This document shows positions 14,973 to 36,230 of a DNA stretch of 64,000 nucleotides, in pieces. This DNA is from Basidiobolus meristosporus CBS 931.73. Its lineage: Eukaryota; Fungi; Basidiobolomycota. The translations under genes were made by a program, and so were the position numbers. A model generated the notes under the pieces. It did not search any database and was not told where the DNA came from. It worked only from the letters and a program-made list of their open reading frames with translations. The number at the start of each line of letters is the position of its first letter. Position 1 is the stretch's first letter. The DNA is taken from positions 96,185 through 160,184 of the forward strand of contig MCFE01000127.1 of NCBI GenBank assembly GCA_002104905.1, given 5' to 3'.

Positions 14973-15700
14973 ATGACTCAATACAAGCCGAACTATGAGA
15001 CTGTCTTTGAAGGTATCTTGCGCAACATCATGTGTTTGTCTTTAGTTTTCTCTAACTGTTCGTAGCCTGAACCTGATAACTTTATATTCTTTAGATGCGG
15101 TACACGTATTCGATACCATATTTCATCACCCCAAGGAAAATCTCGAACGAGAAACCTCTTTTATTGTAGACGAATTTGAGGTTAGTGTGAAAAGTTCGTC
15201 GGCGGGCCTTATCTTTGCTCATTTTTTTCCAACTCAAGACTATACGTCAAGATAGAGAACCCGAAAATCTAAAGAGATCTCTGGAGAGCTTGAAAGCTGC
15301 GCAAGAAGAACTCAAGAGTCTTCGAGTTGATGCCGACACTAAGCTGGAAGAGCATCGAAAGAATGGTACTCTTTTCACGTCGATTCTCGACCAAGGATTC
15401 GAACTAACTATCCAATAGTAAAAGAAATCTCTGAAAATTTGTACACCTTAAAATCCGCTGTCGATGTTGCAGAGGTAAGAAGGGCGGCATTCTCAAATAT
15501 GAGCTAGTTCTAATTTAGGCCAACTATAGAATACTCGACGGAGCAAAAGTCAGCGAGTCCAACAAAAAGAAGCATTATTGCTTGAGCTTGAGCAAAAGCG
15601 ACAACAACTGGACTTGGATTTGAAGTCGGAGTACAAGACTGTACTTGCCCAACATTCTGAACTGATTGCCCAAAGTTGGCAACAAAACATGGAATTATGA
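14973..15700 (+). CDS. Small multi-exon coiled-coil protein, BLOC-1 subunit 5 (Muted)-like
   Basis: Spliced by eye: MTQYKPNYETVFE..DAVHVFDTIFHHPKENLERETSFIVDEFE..DREPENLKRSLE..VDVAE/NTRRSKSQRVQQKEALLLELEQKRQQLDLDLKSEY. This resembles the Muted segment HRPVIQGETRYFVKEFE as recalled, not searched. Confidence 0.45.
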
Positions 15701-16038
15701 TAAATTTCTTGACTTTAGTTGATATATTTCCAATATGCGAAGTTGTTGATTGTTGTATTTCTTGGCACTGACATGGATTCAGCATGAGTACTGAAACTAG
15801 CAACAGTATCTTGGTTATGTTCAATACAGATTACAATAAGAATTGCATAGTACAAACAAACATTCTTATTGGATTCCGCTTTATCTTATCAAGTTTATTT
15901 TAGCAGTTTACAGAAATTGCTTGCCTTAAGGCAGTCGGTAGGCACGTGATTAATTGATTGGCATAGAGAGGTATATCTATCGATGACTCGTTCATTATTT
16001 TCAGATATTGAACTACTGAGCTTTCAAGCAGACAAGTA

Positions 16039-18321
16039 ATGAGTGAAAGTACTTCACTTCGACATAGAGAGCTTCAAGATGAGGTTCATATGGTCGAGGA
16101 TAGTGGCTCGTCAAGAGCTACCAAAAAGAAAATAGAATTACCACCTAGTCCCTCGCGGTGGTTTACTAAAGAATTCTACTTCTATTATTTCTTGTATATT
16201 GTATTTGCTCCTTATATTCTTAAGGTCGCTTATGACTTCAGCTCAGGTATTTTTGGTGTGCCACCTGGTTCAACATTCCCTCAACTAAACTTGCTCATCA
16301 CTATCGTGTAGAATCCCATCCTAATTATAAACTTTACTCCGACAAACTATCTGATGGTTGGTTGTTTGGTAGAAAAGTGGTATGTCAGCATCGAAAACGG
16401 CGAAAAATATTGATGATATGGCTTCTAAGACTACAACCCTTATAGGACAATAGCGATTCTCAGTTTTCGGCAATACGAGATAATTATCAATACATTGGTT
16501 TATCTATGATGCTATACCTAGTACTAAGCCAAGTCCTGGGGCGCATATACGACCAGAGAAGCGTGAAGCCTTACGACCGAGTCACTCCTCGAATTTTCTT
16601 CATCTTGGGATTCGCCCTGTTGTTTCTCGCCTTTGTATATGGCCTAAATGCCCTGAAAATCCTCAGCATCATATCTGTCAACTATTGGATAGCTAAAAGC
16701 TTCAAAAAAAGCCGACTGAACCCAGTACTTACCTGGGTTTTTAACATGGCAATTCTATTTGCAAATGAAAAATACAGCGGATACCGCTATAGTATGATTA
16801 GCAACAAGTTGGCGTTCATGGTAATTTATCATCACTGCTCCCTTAAATCTCTACAGGCCGAGGCTAAGCAAGTTGTTCACTGTCCTAGGATGAATACTCT
16901 GGGCTCGTTCAGCATTGGTATGTGCTGTTCAATATCTCCATGCTTCGAATGGTTTCATTCAACATGGATTATTATTGGAGTCTATCCGATTCGTCACGAG
17001 CTTCTCTCTTACCTTCAGTAAGCATGTTTATTTTTACTTACCATATCGCAATATGCCATCTCATTAGAAGCTACAGAAGGAGAAGACGGCCGTCGAACCT
17101 ACAAATGAGAAGGAGAGAGTCAATACTCCGTGCTCACCGTCAGATTACAATTACATTTACTATCTAGCGTATATTCTGTACACGCCATTGTTCCTAGCTG
17201 GCCCTATTATCACCTTCAACAATTTCATCTCGCAGGTAGTCTTCGATGCAATACTAATTAACAGTGAGCGTACACAAACTGATATTTTTGTGCCAACAGC
17301 TACGCTTTCCCTCCAAGGCGCTTTCCATCAGAAACACCATCATCTACGGACTTCGCGTTCTCGCCTCTATTCTGTTGATGGAAATCTTATTGCACTGCTT
17401 CTATGTGGTTTCTATCAGCAAAGCTAAAGCGTGGAGCGGATTTAGTCCTCTAGAAATGGGGATGGTTGGATACCTCAATCTAAAATTAATCTGGCTCAAG
17501 GTTGGATTGTTACGATTTCATGGCTGTCTAGATTTCATGAACCTCAAGGTTATTTCTTCAGCTATTCATCATATGGCGCCTCTTCAGATTCTGGGCAATG
17601 GCAGATGGAATCGAAACTCAAGAAAACATGCTACGCTGTATGAGCAATAATTATTCGGCGCTAGGATTCTGGAGAAGTTGGCATAGAAGTTACAACAGGT
17701 GGCTTATTAGGTAAGTTACGATGCATGATCTACAACTTGGATAGGTGTTAACAAGCAAAATCAGATATATTTATGTTCCTTTAGGAGGAACTAAGTACCA
17801 GATTTACAATATTGGCATCGTCTTCACTTTCGTCGCATTGTGGCATGATATTTCCATGAATTTACTTGCCTGGGCCTGGCTTATTACTTTGTTCATTTTG
17901 CCCGAAATTGTTTGCACTGCTCTATTTGCCAAGCCAAAGGTAGTTCCTATAGGTCCGTAATGTAATTAGTAGTTAGTTGACATTGCCTTCGAATAGTTCC
18001 AAGTCAAACCGTGGTACCGGCATTTTGCTGCTGCTGGTGCAGTCGGAAATATTTTACTTATGATGACCGCAAACCTGGTTGGCTTTGCCGTTGGATTAGA
18101 GGGGGTACAGGAGATGATAACCAGAATATTTGGAATAGATGGTAGAGTATATTCAAGCCATCCCTATCTGACCGATACATGGAGCTAACCGAGCCACCTC
18201 TTCATATACAGGCATTCTCTTCCTCAGTACGACGTTTTTGTGCATCTTTGCTACAGTTCAAATGATGTTCGAGATTCGTGAACACGAGCGTCGTAAACAC
18301 GGCCATTATCTTAATTATTAA
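16039..18321 (+). CDS. GUP1: MBOAT O-acyltransferase Gup1, multi-exon
   Basis: [71 protein letters not shown]. Stop TAA at 18319-18321. Confidence 0.92.
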
Positions 18322-18905
18322 GCACTCGAGATTAAAATGAAATCTTGACTAGTGAAATGTTTTCTTGTACATTTGTCATTCTGAATCTTCAGACATTAGT
18401 ACTCATCCTACGAAAATAAATGTCTTGTTATTTACTTCTGAGAGATATTAGATGCTGGTGACAGAGAACCTTAATAAAACATTACCCGCTGAACTGTATA
18501 CTTTCCAAGAATCTCGATTGTGTGCATGACTGAATTATTTCTAGCCAACTCTTTAGAATGGTTTGTGAACATTTGGATGGCCAATTTATGCATGATACTG
18601 TTTATATTTAACATATGTATTATTGTTGGTAGCATGAGTGAAACGGCTGGGTTTTAAATGCCGCAACATTTATGCAGTTTGTAAATAAAGCAACACACAC
18701 CAAAAACGGAATGCTTTCACTCATATACCTGCTCGGATGTGATCAGTATCCTTTCAACTTAGACTCGAATTTTATCACATCGGCAGTCTTTTCTTTGAAG
18801 CATTCAATTTGTATTTAGCACTAAGCGATCTGTGGTGCCATAGAGAAGGTAACAAGAGACCGCGCGACTGGTTTTATTCCAACTAATTGTTTGTGTGTGT
18901 CCAGT

Positions 18906-22492
<3,587 letters not shown>

Positions 22493-22954
22493 GTCGTAAG
22501 CACTACTTTAATCTTTAATTTCCTTGGTTCAAAATAATTGGCGTGGATGGGATGAAACGTTCAAAAATGAAACAATGAGTATATACGGAGTCAAACCTAA
22601 ACGAAATGGAACAAACAAACATATTTTAAAGTGCTTTTGGGCGGTTCAGGGAAATTTACAAGCTAAACCAAATTTAAACATGAGGATAAATATGTAATAA
22701 ACAGCAGATTTCGGGCTTTTTGGATGCAAGGTGGAACGAGTATAGAATGCCCTTCTGCCTAGATAATTTAAACAGCTAGAGAGCGGTACGTGACCACTCC
22801 CGTCAAATGATGCATATATGTACATCCACTTCGTAGAATATTGGACAGAAAACAAGACAAGTAGTTTACGACGAAAGGTATACCTTTACCCCAGAGTTCC
22901 CCAGCCAAACCAAAAGGAATACCTCGGCTGCGCTCCGCCTATATATGATAGTTC

Positions 22955-23949
22955 TTATAATTGCTCCATGGAGCCGATTTTGTGGCCGACGTAAGTGGTT
23001 TTCCATGCAGGAGCGTATCGGAAAATAGGCCATTCAAAAAAGAACACCGCCTTCGACCATAATGGCAGTCTAATATACAAATCTGAAGGCATAGGGATGA
23101 GCAGAGAGGTTCTATCAAGGTAGTCCTTGTAGGCGGAGAACTCGGGGCTCTCGTAGAATTTCTGTTGAGTGGATTTTTCTCTTTGCAACACGCCGGTTAC
23201 AAAGAAAAGGCTGAAAACTACAGTTATTGGGCTAAGGATGGAGACCCAATTGGTGGCCAATCCGGCGCTGATGGTGGGCTGCAGACAAAGTAGGAACATC
23301 CCCCACCAGGTTAGGATTTCTCCGAGGTAATTCGGATACCTGGAGTAGGACCACAAGCCAGACTTGAGTATCTCAAGCTGGCCGAAGCGCTGGCTATAAT
23401 GTTGATTCCTCTGGAAATCGGCAACTAAATGAGCGTTAGTTATGACCAATCGATCAATGGATGGAATTGCGTGCCATACATACCGGCCCTGAATGTAAAC
23501 CCGACTATCCAGAGGATCAAGCCCAAGATATCGGTGACACTGCCAAAAGTGGGATTGCCACCGGCAGAAGGAGAATTCAGCATAGTGAAGGGTAGGGAAA
23601 CTGCCCAAACCCAGAAGATTTGTAGAAGAGTGAATGACAAGTGGGAGAAGCATTTCACCTCCGCCTCGTCGTCCATCTGTGCATTATGGATTACCCGGAA
23701 TATTTGATCCCCGGCGGCACGAAGGCCCCAAAAAACAACCAGAACAAATGCGATGATCTGTCTGGTGCTGTAGGTTTGGGCCAAAAGGAACGTCAACAAG
23801 GCAAGGAGGATGAAATTGACGCTCCCGGCGAACAGTTTGAATTTCTCGACCCTAGCCACGAACGCGGTGAGGGAAAAGATCAGCTGATATGCTGCAACAA
23901 CGAGTGCAGTAATAGCTAAGTAACGATCGTCCAATAGTTCAACACCCAT
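22955..23949 (-). CDS. DUF1295 / steroid 5-alpha-reductase-like membrane protein
   Basis: Two exons (intron GTATGT..CTAAC..TTTAG, ~23430-23490). Multiple TM helices and the GLWSYSRYPNYLGEILTWWG motif. Confidence 0.85.
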
Positions 23950-25307
23950 CTTTCAGTTAGAAAAGTTAGTTTGGTACGTTTAAGATATTACAAATGAGCA
24001 GGGTGTGGTGTAGTCAGCAGAATGCCTAGTTATATACGTTTCCAAGCCGTTGCGAGCTGAACAAGGGTAAATTGATGAAAAATCCGTGATTGTCCCGAAA
24101 CATCGATCCTGCTGGATTCTTATACCCTTAATCTCCTCAAACTCTTAAATTGATCTAGGAGTTTGTGTTGTACTTGCATCCGCGTTGTCTACGCCGACAA
24201 TAATTCTTCGAAGTGACATGGAACGTTCTAATGAAGATATCATTATCACCCAAACTGAGACCGCCTTTAATTAGAGTGAGACAACGGTCGCTTGACTGAT
24301 TAGAACAAGGCGGCGCTTATTTGCATTCTCTAAGACAGGTATTTTTTATTGCCTGGTTTCGCTCAGTGGACACAAAGCTCGATGCCGAACTGATTGTGTA
24401 ACTGCATTCAAGCTGTTAAGAATGATGGCTATTTGTAATACGTATGGAGTTGTTGGTCAAGATACATAGCACCACGTGTACAGTCAGCTCGCCTTTTGCA
24501 TGATGAGTAGTCTGGATGATTGCATGGAAAATCTCAAATGGAAATGCAGCCTCCACGGACACTTGGTCAATTCCCAAATATAAATCGGTTTCACGATCTT
24601 ACACACACTTGGAATCGTTAAATCTTCATTTTGGTGTACTATTTACGAGCTCTGTCCATCCATTCTCTATGCGGTGCGTCGAAGAAATGGGTTCACGTTA
24701 CCCAACATCCGTCTGACCACTTGGCATAACTGATAAGCGCTTGTATCTGGTCCTGCTTTCCTCTGTGCCAAGATACTTCGCATGAATAAAGCTTTGGGAA
24801 TTTAGAAAAAATTGGGTATATATGCTCTGGTCTATGTTAGGACTCGTAATGTGTTCCGAATACTTTTATATACATGTCAAACTAAAACCTCATATAACTC
24901 TATGTTACGATTACCAACCGGTAGACAATACTCCAGATACTGGAATTTAGTAGAAATATATATTTATAACACCGCGTTTTTTAAGGATACTTCACAATCT
25001 AAATCTACTTGCCACCTAAAGAGTGAGTGAATTCCGAACGCAAGAATCATAAGGGATTCCAGAATTTCGCATGCACAATGATTTCTAATATTCAGCCCAA
25101 GATGGATGGATCAAATACGATACACAACATTCTCATCTGGATTGCTCAATAGCTCGAGTTGGTTTAGTTTTAGTCAACTTTACAAGTGGCCGCCACCAAC
25201 TATGCTGGTTTGAAAAGCTGCCTGAATTTGTGACGAATTTTATTTTTATAGTTAAGATAATCTTAGATACTGTTGTGTTGTGGTTAGGTTGAAAGGATAG
25301 CAGAACT

Positions 25308-28933
<3,626 letters not shown>

Positions 28934-30327
28934 TTGCATCATGAGGTTTATATATCTTGTACATTGGCGGTAGATCTAAGATAGAATCGAATCCATCCTT
29001 GAAGATATCCGGTATGATTTTGGGTTGCAGCTCAAGCTCACCACCCTCTGTTCCATAGATTTTTATCATCGGAGTGATACTTGTTCTGCGTAGTACCGGT
29101 ATATCACCACCACATACATTTCTAAATCATACTTACGGAATAAACCTGGAATTCTCTTCGATCATGGTTTTCTCACACCACAGAGTCTGCTCTTATTGGG
29201 TTGAAATTGTGTCAACTATTCTTGTAGACATAATGATGTATTAAATATATGGAAGTTGTAGAGCAATAGGTCGCACATAATACAGCAGCCATTCCAACCA
29301 TGACCAAGGAATTAGTACAGCAAGCAATAGCCTTAGTCAGGGTCCTTCTCCATGATATTTGGCCAACTTCTGGTTTTGTAAGCCAGTGCTTCACGCTTCC
29401 TATTGATTTCTAGCCTGCGCTCGTCGTTAGTTGATTTCCCTCTCTTGAACAATTCTCCACTTCGCAATCAACTGGCATTGGGGAAATCTGGCAATAACCA
29501 TTCGGAATACACAATGCGATGGGTAGCGGAGGTTGTTTTACCCCCATAATGGGTATATTGCGATATGGCCACCGGCATCCATCAAGAAGCATTGCTCCAT
29601 GGCGAAACGTTGATGAAGTTAATTGATCAATATGGGGATTGACTATCGATCCGTCAAGTTGGCTTCAGGATTTGCTGCTGGTTTATGATGGCCATGGCAA
29701 ATCTATGTTTCTCCACCATCGCGGTCACATCTCCATATTGATCTAACACTATCGTAGATGCACCAACTCCATCTACCCATGCGTCTAATATCCATTCATA
29801 CACATTGAACAGCTGTGCCCACCCATGGAATATGTGTGTAACATGGCCGCACTGAAACATGAGTATTTATCTTGGTGATTATCCTCAAATCGAAATCAAC
29901 AGCGTGAGAAGTGGCAGGGGAAATGACGAAAGGATGATTAATCCCTTCAAGGCAGCAATTAATTTTCAGCGAGGGGGATGCTGGTTGGTGAATGTCGTAC
30001 TGCGCTTATTCAATCTTGCCCCGGGATTATTCGCATCAGTTGCCATTAAGGTTTGTTGATGGAGGCGAGGCTTATGGGGAATGTCCGTATATATAATCTG
30101 TATCTGAGAACTACTGCAAAAAGATATATCTCATCTCTATCGTCCACGCACTAACCATAATGGTTGATTCTGTGCGCACAACTATTGACCAATCTTGACA
30201 ACATCTTTTCCACCCAACCATCCAATCACCATGTGCTCAAGCGGTGGTTAAAAGCCTCGTCTCGCTCGCAGACATACCTTGGGTTTGTTTATTGGCAACG
30301 ATCTGAACTGCTTCTATTCTCGAAACG

Positions 30328-31678
30328 ATGACCAAAACTGAGGATCCTATGCGCGCTGTTAAGGACTGTGTTGCCGGTTCAGCTGGTGGTATCCTGCAAG
30401 TCTTCGCAGGCCAGGTATTTGCCGACTTGACCGAGTATATTAAGCCAACGTTTGATTAACCGGATTGGAATTCTTGTTTGTCATTCAACATCAGCCTTTT
30501 GACACAGTGAAAGTGGTTCGTACTCACTCACCTACAATCCACCTGTCGTCAAGGTCTAACCAACGAATCGAAACTCTAGAGACTTCAAACTCAACCTACC
30601 CCTGCCCCTGGAATTGCTCCATTGTACACAGGCACCTTGGACTGCGTTAGAAAGACAATTGCTCAAGAAGGCTTTGCTGGCTTTTACAAGGTGCGTGATT
30701 CAGTGTGGAGTATACAGTCTAGGGCACTTTACTGATCTTTCCTTAATCACGACAGGGTACTACTACCCCATTAGTTGGCGTTGGTGCATGCGTTTCTATC
30801 CAATTTCTCGTACTTCAAGCCATGAAGAGATTGTACACCGACATAAATGCTAAATCCGGCAAGGGCGGTGACCCCAGTATTCTCTCCCTTTCTCAGCTGT
30901 ACGTTGCTGGGGCTGCCTCTGGCGTTGCCAACTCCATTGTTTCTGGTTGGTGTGCTTGTATATTTGACTCTCCGCCATCAGTTAACCGGTATGTTTAGGA
31001 CCTGTTGAGCATATCCGTACTCGCCTGCAAGTTCAAACAGCTAGCGCCCCTGCGCTTCCAGGAGCCGCTGCCGCAAATGTTCCCTCCAAGGTGTTTTACA
31101 CCGGCCCTGTGGACTGTATCCAAAAGATTTACAAGTCCCACGGTCTAAGCGGTATATACAAGGGTCAAGTTGCCACAATGATCCGTGAGTTCCAAGGTTA
31201 TGGTGCCTACTTCCTTGCCTACGAATACTTGGTTCAGCGTGCCATCCAAAAGGAGAACAAGCGTAGAGACGAGCTTCCTACCTGGAAGGTTTGCGCTTAT
31301 GGTGCCGCTGCTGGCTACGCCATGTGGTTGACTGTTTACCCAATTGTAAGTTCCCTCAGCAGTAATTGACATGAAGCTCCTCAGTGACTTAATCTGCATT
31401 GCTTTAGGACATCATTAAATCCAAATTGCAAACCGATAGCTTCGATTCGGCTTCACAGAAGTACAAGTCCATGATTGACTGTGCTCGCAAGACATTTGCT
31501 CACGAAGGGGCTGCCGGCTTCTTCCGTGGTATTGCCCCATGCATTATCCGTGCCGCACCCGCCAACGCTGCCACCTTTGTTGGGTAAGTCGCAGTCTCGA
31601 TATTAATGTATGACTTTGTATCACCACTAACCTTACCTTCGAATTAGCTTCGAGTTTGCCATGCGTTTCTTGCAGTAG
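30328..31678 (+). CDS. YMC1: Mitochondrial carrier, Ymc1/Ymc2 (carnitine/acylcarnitine carrier-like) group, multi-exon
   Basis: Three PxD/ExxK/R signatures ([24 protein letters not shown]) and [21 protein letters not shown]. Confidence 0.85.
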
Positions 31679-33181
31679 ATCAATGCAGTTCATGTATAGA
31701 GATTGATTTTCATGGATTCATCAATTCTTAGGAAATAGATTAGGTTCCCTTGGCGTAATATATACCATCCGCATTCATTCATAATAAACCAATCCATCTA
31801 AAATCTCAAGATCTCCGCACTCAATTTGAACTAGACACCGGGTGATCTGGGTTGATTCAATCGAAAGCATGCCCTTTGTAGACCGTTGATCCGATATTGA
31901 GAGATACCTAACGAGCTTAGCCTCGTAGGAAGTGAGCTTCTCGTTCGGTTGGCATTTAAATACACCACACGCTGTTTAAAAGGTAATCTAGCCACTGTTG
32001 CCTGCAGCGGAGTACCAACCAATGCCGAACATTCAAGTGGCAAATCTAAAGTGGAAATACGTTGAGGGTAGGGAGCTTCGGTTTTGAATGGCAACGTATG
32101 TAAATGATATGGGGTGTGGCTGACTATGCCGTGTATGTACACATGGGATAATATTACTGCCTGACATCACGGAGCTATGGACATTTGATTGTGTAAAGAA
32201 GGAACTGGAATGTATTCCAGATGGACCAACTGTACTCAGTCGTAAATGACAGGATAATGCTTAGCTGTTTGCTCGAATTGTTGCTTCTACGAAGGGCAAC
32301 CATCCCGATTAGAGATAGCAATAGGTGCTGTCGATGGGTTTTGGAAGAACGCATCATATTAGCTCTAATTAAAGACAATAGCGAGCAGCTCAGTTTTCCG
32401 ATGTTAGCAATGTCATGGTCAGACATGTGAGGAGTAGCTTGAGGGCAGGCCAGGAATTAAATGATATTTACAGGCTCAGGCGTGCCATTATCAACACTTC
32501 AGTCATGGTGCTGTGAATAGACTTTGCCAGACTCGCTATCAAGGGATGGAGAGGAGTAAACCACTTTAAGCTTGGCGAGCAACCATAATACCAACGAATT
32601 TGTGAATCCAGAATCGCAGTTCATGTCACCATGAGACGGCCCTCCCTATTCAATCCCTCCCCCTCGTCGCATAACATTCACTGCACTCCCTTCAGAGAAA
32701 AACCCCACAACTCTACGATCACAACTTCAAAATGAACATAGACCTCTTAGCGCTAATGGTCTCCTACAAGGAGATTGTCGATAACTATTACACCTGCAGT
32801 AATGATACTTGTGAAGCCAGCACAAATAATATCACTAAAACTAGCCAGGGATCGTTTGCTTGGGATGACCATATGCAGGTCATCAAATATTTCTGATCCA
32901 GAGGCTACAAAGCTACCAAGCAAGTCGAAATCGAGGTCTCTTTAATCCAAGAAATAAAGAAAAAAATGCTCGGATGAAAAACTGAAATAACCATCATTGT
33001 ATCAAAGGCTTTGTCCGTTTTATATAATTGGTTGTAGAGGCAATTCTTGGGACAACAGGTACATCAGACTTGCTTGTGTTGGGCACCGAATCTATAGGAA
33101 TGCTCTTCAAGACTCGATACTTATGGGTGCTCGACATTCGGAGTGGTAGAGCAATTCCTTTCACTACAGCATTGTCTCTTT

Positions 33182-34118
33182 TTACATTGGAAGTAGGCTG
33201 GTGGCATTGCGAGAGAGCGAAATCAATGAGGCCGTACCACCGGGCAGGTATGAAACGAAGTACCTAAAGGGTTTTGCACATGTCAGAATGTGTGCCGATA
33301 ATAATATGCAGGGAGTGAGAATTTACCATACTAGCGCGATCAATTGGATAACGCAAAAGATGATAGTTCCGATATACTGGTGCGCCTATACATCACATGT
33401 GAATATCTATGTTGGGCGTCAGGATGATACAATTCGTCTTACCACCACGGCAAAATACAGAGTCAAAAGTAAAGAACTGCCATAGGTGAGGGTAAATGGA
33501 AGGCGCTCCTTCGAGATAATATGACGAAAGTGCGAGACTGGTCCTTTCAACAACGCGAAACTGCAAAGAATCGGAAATTTCGGTCAAGAGGGATCTTGGA
33601 GAAGGTGACCAGATATCAAATATATACCTTGTCATCATCAAAATGCTACCCATCGTGAAGGCAAGAGCAAACTTCTGTGGACGGACAACAATTATAGGTA
33701 GGGTGAAGAAAGCCTTGACGAAAGACGGTGAATACACAAGAGGTTGCAAAGCCTATATGATTTGCACCTACCAATGTGAAGCATAGCAACCCGACACCGA
33801 CGCATATAAAGAAGCCTACCCAACGCTTGAGTAGAGATTAGTTTAGTCAAGTGCTGTCTTAAGTCCGCTTCAACCATATTTCAACAGTACCTGCCAATAA
33901 GTCAGTGCAAACCAGCCTGGTTCCTGTGATTGTTGATTAACGGGAAGATAACCTTGAGCAGTGTTCTTCATGTTCGAAAACAGGGAAGTGGTAGAGTTGG
34001 TAAAACGTGACCAAGTGGAAGACTCTCCATCAGTGTTGGTGTTGTTCGTAGGATATCCAGAGGAATCAACGTTTAAAAAACGAAAAGATTCGGCAAAAGG
34101 TCGGTTTGGAGAAGTCAT
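33182..34118 (-). CDS. SFT2: Golgi vesicle transport protein Sft2, multi-exon
   Basis: [56 protein letters not shown]. Confidence 0.88.
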
Positions 34119-34403
34119 ATGTGGCTCAAAGCAATTTCGGGAGTTGGCTCTAACAACATGACATAGAGTAGATAATTCGATTTTGTATGTTCTTCCTAGG
34201 CATCATTATGCTACTCATTGGTTACATCTGATCAAGGCATACAATCTAACCATAACTATCACTTGCTTGATTTAAACATCGATTTCTGAAGTGAAGGTTG
34301 AAAGATTAGTCATCGTCCTGGTAAAGAAAATTCTAGGTAGATAAATTTTCGAACGGCATATTTCATAATAAACCAACTAAACCAAACACACCTGTCCAAC
34401 GAA

Positions 34404-35712
34404 ATGCCTTACGCTCAGGTAAGTTGTCGTTTGAGAGATCTGCCCGCTGGCTCTCCCTTATTCGTTCTTTAGGTTGTCATCGGCCCGCCAGGCTCAGGAA
34501 AAACCACCTACTGTCATGGTATGCAACAATTCTTGACAGCACTTGGAAGGTACATAGATTCGTTAATGCGTCTGTACCTCGACTGATAGAAGGCTTATTC
34601 TTCTTATATTGTGTGGTTTCTCAAGGAAGGTAGCAGTTGTAAACCTCGACCCCGCCAATGACTTTGTTCCCTACAAATGCGATATAAACATTGCAGATCT
34701 GATTACTTTGGAAGATGCCATGGATAACTTGAAGTTGGGACCTAATGGGGGAATGATGTACTGTATCGAATACTTGGAGAACAATCTAGATTGGTTGATT
34801 GAGGAATGTAAAAAATTCCCTGGTTAGTAAGCTTCAGTAGAAAGCCCCTGTCATAGTGCAGCCAGGAATAACGATTCATTCCATTAGATCATTACTTCAT
34901 TTTCGACTTTCCCGGGCAAGTAGAGCTTTATACCCATAATTCGGCCGTCAAGAGTATTGTGGATAAACTGCAAAAACTTGACTTCAGGGTATTTACTCCA
35001 GCAGAATATCAGCGTTCCTTTCAGAGCTAACGAGTATTCCGATTTTAGCTGGTTGCCGTTCACCTAGTGGATGCACATTATTGCACGGATCCCACCAAAT
35101 ATATCTCGGTGCTCTTACTATCGCTGAAGACGATGGTCATGCTTGAATTACCCCACATCAACGTTCTTTCCAAAATGGACCTTATCGAGACATATGGGAA
35201 ACTAGGTTTGCCTTTGGCTTCGTAGCCTTGCAGTAATTTGCAAGTGACTAACGTATTTGAATGATTAGCCTTTAGTCTTGACTACTACACTGAGGTGATG
35301 AACTTGGATTATTTGTTGGACCATCTGAATCAGGATCCCTTTGGCAAACGCTTCGCCGACCTCAACAAAGCATTATGCGAATTGGTTGAGGATTTCAACC
35401 TCGTTGGCTTCTATACATTATGCATCGAGGTATATTGCACCATCCATGTAGCCTATATACCTCTTTCTGAAATTGTGCTCACTGTATCTCTAGGACAAAG
35501 CGTCGGTAACCAACCTTTTGAGAGTAATTGATAAAGCAAATGGCTATGTATTCGGAGGCTTGGAGCAGGGTAACGAGAGTATCATGTTGACCGCTATGAG
35601 ATCTGGCACTGGGTATCAGGAGGATGTGTTCGACGTTCAGGAGAAGTACATTGATTTTAAGGACTACTACAGCGAGATGGGCTTGGATGAAACTATTCGG
35701 GAATCCAAGTAG
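34404..35712 (+). CDS. GPN2: GPN-loop GTPase 2, multi-exon
   Basis: [40 protein letters not shown] (GPN loop), [22 protein letters not shown]. Confidence 0.93.
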
Positions 35713-36230
35713 CCTTGTGGAGGTTCTACTCGTTGTATTGTATACTTGTTTATTGTAGCCTCATTTCACACCTATAGAATGAAATGATGCGTGCGTATTG
35801 CTTACTATAGCCCTTTACTGTATTCGTCAATCAATGTATGGATGTTCATTGCTTCAATATAAAGAGTAATTGTCGGACGGATATTCAACACGTGATATGG
35901 TGTGTGCGTGCTTTACTTCTCAGCCAACAGGGCCCAGTGCGGCCAAGCATCGAGTCTGAGGCCAACCTGTTATTAACGATTGAGCCTACAAGACAATCCT
36001 CTCCCCCCAACCTATCTGATTTCACTGTGAAGCAGCCCATTTTCTATTGGTCTCCCGCTTCACACTCGATTCCTCACAAGTGTTTAGCTAGATCGAGCTT
36101 GCGCAACAGACTGTCTAAAATTCTTTCCAGATCTGTCATCAATTTGGCATTCTCGTAATTCCCTCGTATATATATTTCTTGGCATTTCTCCTTATTCACC
36201 CTAAACCACTTCTTAACTCAACTATCACCC

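Noticed and set aside
24500-24600. ATGATGA resembling a snoRNA C box in a 1.3 kb intergenic gap
   Set aside because: No suitably placed CTGA D box or terminal stem was found.
29212-30060. Several short minus-strand ORFs with protein-like patches and a weak Crinkler-like N-terminal resemblance
   Set aside because: Multiple stops, no consistent exon model and no convincing motif. It may be a decayed gene, but I cannot support a call.
31831-32930. Short ORFs between YMC1 and SFT2
   Set aside because: No recognisable homology or coherent splice model.
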